From the NCBI GenBank assembly GCA_000025185.1, contig CP001848.1, forward strand, positions 4,290,001-4,322,000: a stretch of DNA of 32,000 bases, given 5' to 3'. Numbering within the stretch: position 1 is the first letter of the stretch; the number at the start of each line of letters is the position of its first letter. This DNA comes from Pirellula staleyi DSM 6068. GTDB taxonomy: Bacteria > Planctomycetota > Planctomycetia > Pirellulales > Pirellulaceae. Below are positions 25,039 to 32,000 of the stretch, piece after piece. The position numbers were made by a program, and so were the translations under genes. Below the pieces are notes generated by a model. That model saw only the letters and a program-made list of their open reading frames with translations, was not told the DNA's origin and ran no database searches.

Positions 25039-27546
25039 TTAGTCGACGTAAAGAAACTCGCTGCTGTTGAGCAGCACATGACAAAAGTCGACCCAGCGGC
25101 TGCGATCGGCTTCCGACTGCTCGGGTTTGCTCGCTGCAGAGTCATCTGAAGCGGTCCCTAGGTAGTTTTCCGCGAGGGTCTCTTCGGCACTCGTGGGGAG
25201 TCGTCCATAGGCAAACTGATAAGCGGTGCGAATTCGCTCGAGTCCACTCGCCGAACCTTGGCTGGCAAGACGTTTTTCGAAAGCAGCTGCCTGCTTGAGC
25301 GGAAACTCGCCGTTGAGGAGCAGTAGTGATTGCGTGGCGGTAATCGTCACATTGCGGCGTGCGCAACTTCCAACACCATCAGCTGCGTCGAAAGCGGCAA
25401 GCAACGGATCTTGGCTATTGCGAGATTGTTTGGTGTAGATCGACCGTCGCGGCGCACTGGCATCGGCTCCCGCTGCAGCAGTCCCATCGATCAGCTGACC
25501 ACTTACCAGGAGCATCGCATCGCGCGTTTGCTCGGCATCGAGACGGCGGATCGGCATCCGCGCGAGCCATTTGTTCTCAGGATCTTTCTCGATCGACACT
25601 TTGACTTCACTTCCGGCCGACGCTTGCTGATAGGTCCGCGAGGTCACTAGCAGGCGATGGATCGCCTTGAGACTCCACTGCTGCGCGATGAGCTGGGTTG
25701 CAAGGTAGTCGAGAAGTTCGGAATGCGAGGGGCGTTCTCCCAGCGTTCCAAAGTCGCTCGGTGTGGCCACAATTCCGCGCCCAAAGTGCTGCTGCCAAAG
25801 TCTATTGACAATCACGCGCGAAGTGAGCGGATGATCGGCTCGCGCGAGCCAGTTGGCTAGTGCCAATCGTCGCCCCGTGGTTTTGCTGGTCGGCGCGATC
25901 GACGGAGGGGCATCACCCAGCACCGTGAGAAACGCAGGTTCAATCGGCTGAGGTTCGCGAGTGCCTGGGATGACCGTGGTCGCTGCCACAGGACGCAAAT
26001 CGGTGGCGATCATCGCCACTGGAGGATTCGGTTTCAAAGCCTGGTGTTCAGCCAGTTGCTTTTGAAGTTCCTGGTATTTCTTCTTATTGTCGGCCGAAAG
26101 TTTCTCATGGGCACGATCGTATTCGAGTGTCACTTGCCGATAAGCTAGTTCGAACAGCTGCTGCTCACCGGTTGTTCGCTCAGCTTCAGGTTTGGAAAAA
26201 ATTGCCTGGATATCGAGCGGAAAACGATCGGCAGCCGCTTTCATTTCCTTCTTACGAATCGGCTCTACAAGTGCGTCCATCTCGGCGCGAATCGCTGCCG
26301 TTTTTTCGTTCCAAGTAGCGAGCGCTGCTTCGTCACTGACACGCTGCTGTTCGCTAGCGTAGATCGGTTCTTCACGGAAACCGAGTCCGCCAAAAAACGA
26401 CTGGAAAGCAAAATAGTCCTTCTGCAGAATCGGATCAAATTTGTGATCGTGGCATCGCGCACATCCCATTCCCATGCCGAGAAACACGTCGGCCGAGACG
26501 TCGGTGATATCGTTGATGATTGCCGACCATTGGCCGCGCACATCGCGCTGGTTGTATTCGTAAGGCCAGAGCCGCAGATAGCCAGTCGCAACCAGCGAAT
26601 CGTACGTCGGTGATGCGAGTTCGTCGCCTGCGAGTTGTTCTTTCAGGAATTGATCGTACGGCTTATCGTCGTTGAAACTTCGCACGACATAGTCGCGATA
26701 ACGCCACGCATGGGGACGAGCGGAGTCGAGGCGATAACCATCGGATTCAGCGTAGCGCACCAGATCGAGCCAGAGGCGTGCTTGACGTTCGCCATAAGCC
26801 TGACTCGCAAGCAATCGATCAACGAGTTGCTCGTATGCATCGGAGTGTGTGTCGCCGAGAAATGCTTCGATTTCTGCAGGTGTGGGGGGCAAGCCTGTCA
26901 GGTCGAACGTGACGCGGCGAATGAGCGCGCGCTTCGAAGCATCTGGCGCTGGAGCAAGTCCCTGCAACTGACGCTGCGCTGCGATGAAATGATCGACCGG
27001 ATTGCTGGCCCAACCCGCTCCTGCACTAGGCAGAGGTGGAGCCACCGGCGTTTGAAAGGCCCACCATTTTCGGTCTTCGTCGGTAATTTTTCCGGGGGTG
27101 CGATGTGTCGAAGCTGTCCCCACTTCTTTGGCCACATCATTCTCGGGCCAGTAGGCACCAGATGCGACCCACTCCACAAGCGTAGCGATCGCTTGTTCGG
27201 GCAACTTGCCGGTCGGAGGCATTTCGTAGTCTTCAAATCGAACTGCCCGCACGAGCGTGCTCTCGTCAGGCTTCCCCGCCACTACTGTTGCGCCCGATTC
27301 TCCACCGGCCGAAAAGCCGGTGAAAGTATCGAGCCGCAAGCCTCCCCGCTGTTTATCGGGGCCATGGCATTTCTGACAATGCTCGACAAGAATTGGCCGG
27401 ACCTTCGACTCAAAAAACTCGAGCTGCTGACTACGGTCGGTTTGTGAATCCGCAGCGCTCGCAATTGTCGACAGGCCGATGCCGAGCAGCACGGCGACGA
27501 GCAAAGAGCGCCAAAGAGGGCGAATTGGAAGTGGTCGGCGGAGCAT
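25039..27546 (-). CDS. Planctomycete cytochrome-c domain / DUF1549 / DUF1553 secreted protein (second copy)
   Basis: 835 aa. Signal peptide [31 protein letters not shown]. Haem-c motif [81 protein letters not shown]. Confidence 0.92.
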   Translation of the reverse strand: MLRRPLPIRPLWRSLLVAVLLGIGLSTIASAADSQTDRSQQLEFFESKVRPILVEHCQKCHGPDKQRGGLRLDTFTGFSAGGESGATVVAGKPDESTLVRAVRFEDYEMPPTGKLPEQAIATLVEWVASGAYWPENDVAKEVGTASTHRTPGKITDEDRKWWAFQTPVAPPLPSAGAGWASNPVDHFIAAQRQLQGLAPAPDASKRALIRRVTFDLTGLPPTPAEIEAFLGDTHSDAYEQLVDRLLASQAYGERQARLWLDLVRYAESDGYRLDSARPHAWRYRDYVVRSFNDDKPYDQFLKEQLAGDELASPTYDSLVATGYLRLWPYEYNQRDVRGQWSAIINDITDVSADVFLGMGMGCARCHDHKFDPILQKDYFAFQSFFGGLGFREEPIYASEQQRVSDEAALATWNEKTAAIRAEMDALVEPIRKKEMKAAADRFPLDIQAIFSKPEAERTTGEQQLFELAYRQVTLEYDRAHEKLSADNKKKYQELQKQLAEHQALKPNPPVAMIATDLRPVAATTVIPGTREPQPIEPAFLTVLGDAPPSIAPTSKTTGRRLALANWLARADHPLTSRVIVNRLWQQHFGRGIVATPSDFGTLGERPSHSELLDYLATQLIAQQWSLKAIHRLLVTSRTYQQASAGSEVKVSIEKDPENKWLARMPIRRLDAEQTRDAMLLVSGQLIDGTAAAGADASAPRRSIYTKQSRNSQDPLLAAFDAADGVGSCARRNVTITATQSLLLLNGEFPLKQAAAFEKRLASQGSASGLERIRTAYQFAYGRLPTSAEETLAENYLGTASDDSAASKPEQSEADRSRWVDFCHVLLNSSEFLYVD

Positions 27547-27686
27547 GGAGAGGTCTTTCCCGAGGTCATGGCGACGCTACTATCGCCTCTAACTATGGAA
27601 AGCCATTAACACCCGCTAGCGCACCAAAATTCTCTCGAAAATTGTCAGAAATTCGCAGGAATCGGATGGTCCCGAGCATTCTCAAT

Positions 27687-27740
27687 CGCGCAAGGGAAAT
27701 TTGCTTGCCAATGGCGAGAAGAAATCGGGCCCCTTGCGCG
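27687..27740. repeat. Perfect 10-bp inverted repeat CGCGCAAGGG ... CCCTTGCGCG upstream of the second PSCyt/DUF1549/DUF1553 operon
   Basis: Arms at 27687-27696 and 27731-27740 with a 34-nt spacer. It lies in the 229-bp gap between the sialidase stop (27776) and the PSD1 start (27546). The left arm is part of the GCGCAAGGGAAA 12-mer shared with 14254-14265. Confidence 0.4.
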
Positions 27741-27750
27741 TCTTAAGGGC

Positions 27751-27764
27751 GATTGCTAGCAATC
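27751..27764. promoter_or_regulatory. Perfect 14-bp palindrome GATTGCTAGCAATC
   Basis: Self-complementary with no spacer, 12 nt downstream of the sialidase stop and about 205 nt upstream of the next minus-strand gene. This is operator-like geometry rather than a hairpin terminator. Confidence 0.3.
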
Positions 27765-27775
27765 TTAGGCCGGCG

Positions 27776-29755
27776 CTATTCCGGTGAAAGTTGACTCAGC
27801 GGGACAGTCGCAAACTCAAGGCCTTGTCGAACTTCATAGACGATGCCGATGCGGTCGTTTGGCAGCAGCACCATCGAGCTATACATACAGCCTCTCGGGT
27901 CGAGCATGTAGCCGCTGCTGAACGTTTGACCGTCGTCGCTACTGAGTCGCAGCGTGAGTCCCATGCGATGGGAGGAACTTCCCGGACTCGCCATCACCAT
28001 CCGTTTTCCACCGAGGCTGATCAAACTCGCCATGCAAACAGGATCGGGAACCGAAGTCCACGCTTTCGACCATTTCCCCTCGGGCAGGCCGGGCTTTTCG
28101 GCTGTTTTCGACCACTCCCAAACATTCCAGCTGCGCCAGCCACTACGCGATTCGTCGCGCATCGAGAGGAGCAGGGAACCGTCGGAGCGCTCGGCGATTT
28201 GCGCTTCGCTGGTGGGATATTCGGTCGGAACAGCGGCGGGGGCAATTTGCCAGTGGTCGCCATGATCGCGGCTGTAGATGAACGTCGAATGCGGGGCACC
28301 CAGTTCGTCGCGAAACTGGGCAGGAATGATTAGCGTGCCATCGCTGGTTTGAATGCCAGCTCCGGGACCTTGAAAACAGAGACGCCACTTCGGGTTTTTG
28401 ACCTGCGCGGTGATGTTGATCGGCTTCGACCACGTGACCCCTTCGTCGTCGCTCCGAACTAAAACGAATTGCCCCGTTTCCTCAGGTGCCAAGCCTGGCC
28501 CTGAACCATGCCAAGCGCGATCCCCTTGCGACCAAAGAGCCGCTACCCAAAGGACGTTTTTCTCACGATCGACCAGGATGGTTGGATCGCCCACTCCATT
28601 GCCGCGCGATTGCGGAACGGACTTGTCAAAATCGACGATCGTTTGCATCTTCGACCAAGTCTTTCCTTGATCGGTGCTCCGCACCAGTCCGACGTCGATA
28701 TTGCCCGGAAGATCGGCGCTGCTGTCGTAGCGGATATCGAATACTGCGAGCAACGTTCCCTTCGGCGTGTAAGCCAACCCGGGAATGCGATAGGTGTGCA
28801 CGCCATCCTCTTGCGAGGAGCGGAGCATCGGACGAATCACTCCCTGGGGAACCACAGCAGCATCGTTTCGACTGGTCGACTCCGCTGGGATGAGCTTCGA
28901 TGCACGAGTGATTTGCAGCGAAGCCGCAGCAACTTGCTCGCACTCTTTGTCGCTGAGTGCTCGCTCGAAAAACTGAAGCTGCGCGATATCGACAGGCAGG
29001 CCGTTCTTGGTTGCAACATCGGTTCCCAGAATCAGCCCGGCGAGTGACGCAGCATGCTCGATCGTCTGCGAACTTTGCGACCAACTTTTCTCGGTGGAGA
29101 TTCCGTGCGTCAGCCTGGCCACATCTCCGCGCCGCGCAAGACGCACGACATGCGTTTGCCATTGCTCGGCGATAAACGTGTGCGTCGGAACACCTGGAAA
29201 ATCGTTGGCGCGGCTGTCGGCCTTCTGAAGGCCGACGTGCCACTTTCCATCGCGCAGGTAAAGACGAATTAAGCCGGCAGCACTCGATCCATCGAATACA
29301 AAGCCCGAGGAATCCTGCTGGTAGGGATTCAACGTGACAACGAGCGTGAAGTCTTGGGCATGCACTCCCCAGCTAATGGCGGTTTGCCAAATCGCCGACT
29401 TTCCATCGAGACGAACGGCTCGAAATTTACTGTCCGAACTTGCATACTCGATCACGGTCGGCTGACCATGCATGCGCGAGAGGGACTCCTTCCAGCGCGC
29501 CGGCGCGATCGACGCTTCATAAGCACTTGCTGAGGGGGGCTTGCTAGGCTGCGGAAGCCGACTGCGCCAGCCGATGACAAGCGGCTCAGCCACATCGAGC
29601 GAGGCTCCGTCGTAGTGACGGTTTGGCGCGAGCGCAGGCTCATCTGCCGCTGCACAGACGCTAGTCACAAGCAGCAGCAACACGCCGAGCCATATCGAGC
29701 AACTGCTTGGAGAGTGCTGGCTACTCAAGTGACAATTTCGAGCTACTGGATCCAT
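27776..29755 (-). CDS. Exo-alpha-sialidase (GH33-type, BNR/Asp-box) with an N-terminal lectin-like domain
   Basis: 659 aa. Signal peptide. About 290-aa N-terminal beta-rich, possibly LamG/ConA-like region. FRIP-type VHTYRIPGL. Four Asp-boxes: STDQGKTW, SDDEGVTW, SRDHGDHW, SSDDGQTF. Confidence 0.9.
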   Translation of the reverse strand: MDPVARNCHLSSQHSPSSCSIWLGVLLLLVTSVCAAADEPALAPNRHYDGASLDVAEPLVIGWRSRLPQPSKPPSASAYEASIAPARWKESLSRMHGQPTVIEYASSDSKFRAVRLDGKSAIWQTAISWGVHAQDFTLVVTLNPYQQDSSGFVFDGSSAAGLIRLYLRDGKWHVGLQKADSRANDFPGVPTHTFIAEQWQTHVVRLARRGDVARLTHGISTEKSWSQSSQTIEHAASLAGLILGTDVATKNGLPVDIAQLQFFERALSDKECEQVAAASLQITRASKLIPAESTSRNDAAVVPQGVIRPMLRSSQEDGVHTYRIPGLAYTPKGTLLAVFDIRYDSSADLPGNIDVGLVRSTDQGKTWSKMQTIVDFDKSVPQSRGNGVGDPTILVDREKNVLWVAALWSQGDRAWHGSGPGLAPEETGQFVLVRSDDEGVTWSKPINITAQVKNPKWRLCFQGPGAGIQTSDGTLIIPAQFRDELGAPHSTFIYSRDHGDHWQIAPAAVPTEYPTSEAQIAERSDGSLLLSMRDESRSGWRSWNVWEWSKTAEKPGLPEGKWSKAWTSVPDPVCMASLISLGGKRMVMASPGSSSHRMGLTLRLSSDDGQTFSSGYMLDPRGCMYSSMVLLPNDRIGIVYEVRQGLEFATVPLSQLSPE

Positions 29756-30654
29756 GAGAAGAAACCTAACGTTTCGAGTTCGCGACGAAGCGTCGTTTTC
29801 TGTTCAGAGGTGAGATTCGCGTGCGGCAATCGCGCCGGCCCAGCTTCGACGCCGAGAAAACCCATCACGGTTTTGGCCGCAGCCATGAAACCATAGCGAA
29901 CCAGAAGTTCCACCAGCAGCACACTTCGATGTTGCTCCTCGCGCGCGGCGGGAAGATCACCAGCGGCGTAATGCGCAAGCATGCGGTGGTAGACAGGTGC
30001 TGCGAAATTGTAGGTACTTCCGACACCTCCTTGCACTCCCAGTGTGGCGGCGGCCAAGTAATATTCGTCGCAGCCGAAGAGCACATCGAAGCGTCCATCG
30101 TCGAGTTTCAAGCAGCGCTGCAGTCCCGCGAGATCGGAGTTGGTGTACTTTACGCCGGTGAGGGTTGGAATCTTGTCGCGCGCCGCTTGCAGGAACTCGG
30201 CAACCGGAAAGTTGACCCCTGTCATTGAGGGAATGTCGTAGTAGTAAAACGGCGTCGCAGGAGCGGCGGCGGCGATTTGCTGCATGCTATCGACCAGCAA
30301 GTCGACCGAGCGTGGACGAAAGTAACTCGGCGCAAGGGCGGCGATCGCTCGTGCACCAACCGACTCGGCGTGCGCGGCCAGGGCCCGGCAATCTTCGAGC
30401 GAATTGGCTCCGACATGCACCACCACCTCAAGCGGCGTGCCGCGCGTCACCTTCATCCATTCTGCTGCCAGTTGCTTCCGTTCATCGGCCGTCAGGCTGT
30501 GACTCTCGCCAGTCGTTCCGCCGATGAAGACGCGCGGAATCTGCTGCTTTTGCAAATGCTCTGCTTGCTTCGCGACAATCTCGAGCCGGAGTTGGCCACT
30601 GGCATCAAACGGCGTGTGCGTGGCGGCTGTGAATCCAAGAAGTCGGCTGGACAT
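29743..30654 (-). CDS. nanA: N-acetylneuraminate lyase (DHDPS/NAL family)
   Basis: 303 aa. GGTTGES motif, YYYDIPSMTGV (catalytic Tyr context), Schiff-base Lys in LTGVKYTNSDL, GVGSTYNF. The stop overlaps the sialidase start by 13 nt. Confidence 0.85.
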   Translation of the reverse strand: MSSRLLGFTAATHTPFDASGQLRLEIVAKQAEHLQKQQIPRVFIGGTTGESHSLTADERKQLAAEWMKVTRGTPLEVVVHVGANSLEDCRALAAHAESVGARAIAALAPSYFRPRSVDLLVDSMQQIAAAAPATPFYYYDIPSMTGVNFPVAEFLQAARDKIPTLTGVKYTNSDLAGLQRCLKLDDGRFDVLFGCDEYYLAAATLGVQGGVGSTYNFAAPVYHRMLAHYAAGDLPAAREEQHRSVLLVELLVRYGFMAAAKTVMGFLGVEAGPARLPHANLTSEQKTTLRRELETLGFFSWIQ

Positions 30655-30978
30655 AGCAATTTCCGCAGAGAGGGTCGTTGACGTGGTTTGCGAAGTCCCC
30701 GTTCTACCCGCCTGGAAACGAATCGCAAGAGCAGCGAGCGAAACCGCGCGCTGTGGAGTTGCTCGAAGTATCGCAAACTCGAGCCGCGATGCTTCCCCAG
30801 CAAGGATCCCCTAAGTTCGGTTTAATCGGCACGATCAGTACTTCGAGTCTTGTGTTGAGTGCAATTGCTCGTGGCAGCACAGTCGCCTCCGAGGTGGGAA
30901 TTTCGCTGAATTTGCTACCGATCTGAGCGGTAATTACGATAAGTTCATTCGCCGCGACCTTCTTTGACTTTGCTTACC

Positions 30979-32000
30979 ATGATCGACTGGCTACTACGTC
31001 TCTTTCGCATACGTCCCGCCACTTCGACCGCCGGGCAGGGACATCTCACGTTTGGTGCCACGTCGGTTGGGCGCACCATATCACGCACCGGACTGCTTCT
31101 CAAAAAACAGCTCTGGATCTGGCCCATCATCGCGTTTGTCATCCTTGCCACGGTGGGGTTTGGCATTCGAATCGCGATCGAGCGGACCATGAAGGCCAAT
31201 CTCAAGTCCGAACTCGAGACGGTGCTGAACATCGAGTGCGCGATGCTCGAAACCTGGCTCAAAGTGCAAGAGTCGAACGCACAGTCGATGGCCAACGATC
31301 AGCAAGTGCGCGACGTGGTGGCAAAAATCGATGCGATCTATCAATCGCAAAATGCGCCGCTTACCACAGAGGCAGCCGAAGCAGTCCCTGCGACCAACCC
31401 GGCGCTCCTCAACCAGCTTCTCGCGCAGCTGGGCCAAGAATTGGCGCCGGGCATGTCGGTTCATAATTTCACAGGCTATATCCTGGCCGATAAACAGCAG
31501 AAGATTCTTGCTTCATCGAACACAGAACTGATCGGGCGGACATTTCCCGAGTATGAGAAATTCCTCAGCCGAGTGCTTGAAGGGGAAGTGATTGTCACCT
31601 CACCAGTGGCCAGTGTCGTGCTACTGAAAGATGAACGAGGCCGAGTTCGCACCGGTGTCCCCACGATGCTGGTGGTGGCCCCGATTCGCGACTCGAATTT
31701 GCAAGTGATCGGCGCGATTGGTTTTCGGATTCGTCCCGAGCGTGATTTCACTCGCATTCTGCAACTCGGCCGACTCGGTGAAACGGGCGAGACCTACGCC
31801 ATCAACAAAGAGGGTTTGCTTGTCTCGAACAGCCGCTTCGACGACAAGCTAATTCTGCTGGGGCTGATTCCCGATCTGGAAGGCTCGCAGTCGATTCTGA
31901 CGGTCTCCGCGCGCGATCCAGGTGGCGACTTAACGCGAGGCTATCGGCCGCAAGTACGTCGCGCGGAACTCCCGCTTACCAAGGCTGCTGAGAGTGTCAT
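30979..32000 (+). CDS. Membrane sensor protein, N-terminal 340 codons (TM helix plus extracytoplasmic Cache/PDC-like sensing domain); continues past the window end
   Basis: Not in the ORF track (no stop inside the window). Own translation from the ATG at 30979: MIDWLLRLFRIRPATS...LWIWPIIAFVILATVGFGIRIAIERTMKANLKSELETVLNIECAMLETWL...LGRLGETGETYAINKEGLLVSNSRFDDKLILLGLIP... The frame stays open for 1022 nt. The output domain is not visible. Confidence 0.75.
   Translation, partial: MIDWLLRLFRIRPATSTAGQGHLTFGATSVGRTISRTGLLLKKQLWIWPIIAFVILATVGFGIRIAIERTMKANLKSELETVLNIECAMLETWLKVQESNAQSMANDQQVRDVVAKIDAIYQSQNAPLTTEAAEAVPATNPALLNQLLAQLGQELAPGMSVHNFTGYILADKQQKILASSNTELIGRTFPEYEKFLSRVLEGEVIVTSPVASVVLLKDERGRVRTGVPTMLVVAPIRDSNLQVIGAIGFRIRPERDFTRILQLGRLGETGETYAINKEGLLVSNSRFDDKLILLGLIPDLEGSQSILTVSARDPGGDLTRGYRPQVRRAELPLTKAAESV

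Noticed and set aside
30678-30926. 82-aa plus-strand ORF in the nanA/sensor intergenic region
   Set aside because: It has no motif and an odd composition, and it fills the divergent promoter region. A genuine sensor start with a TM helix follows at 30979.
1-32000. Search for tRNA, rRNA, CRISPR arrays, insertion sequences, integrases or phage genes
   Set aside because: I recognised none by eye: no T-loop GTTCGAATC-type motifs, no regularly spaced direct repeats, no transposase, integrase or recombinase-like ORFs, and no terminal inverted repeats flanking a gene.

Overview
The window looks like a chromosomal segment from a Planctomycetota (Pirellulales-like) genome. The call rests on gene content: PSCyt/DUF1549/DUF1553 giants paired with Tat-exported DUF1501 proteins, a DUF1573 protein, and a Ser/Thr kinase fused to WD40 repeats. 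I support 21 protein-coding genes and found no rRNA, tRNA, CRISPR array or mobile element. Gene order, left to right: divergent cheW (partial) and cheY; a secreted hypothetical; a HEAT/TPR protein; a DUF1573 protein; an NHLRC2-like thioredoxin-NHL lipoprotein; a translationally coupled MoxR-DUF58-small membrane protein-DUF4129 membrane protein operon; an ABC exporter. Next comes a mirror-image block in which two diverged (haem-c/DUF1549/DUF1553 + DUF1501) operons converge on a regulatory core of a LuxR-type regulator, an ECF sigma factor and a transmembrane kinase-WD40. The window ends with a sialidase/N-acetylneuraminate lyase pair and a partial membrane sensor. Two edge genes are absent from the ORF track: cheW at 1-261 (minus strand, TTG start) and the sensor at 30979-32000 (plus strand). 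The best candidate for an undescribed system is the functionally uncharacterised PSCyt-DUF1549-DUF1553/DUF1501 two-gene module. It is present twice, each copy is preceded by a shared GCGCAAGGGAAA box, and the two copies enclose an ECF sigma that has no anti-sigma gene and sits divergent to a membrane kinase. All function calls come from motif recognition by eye. No database search was run.
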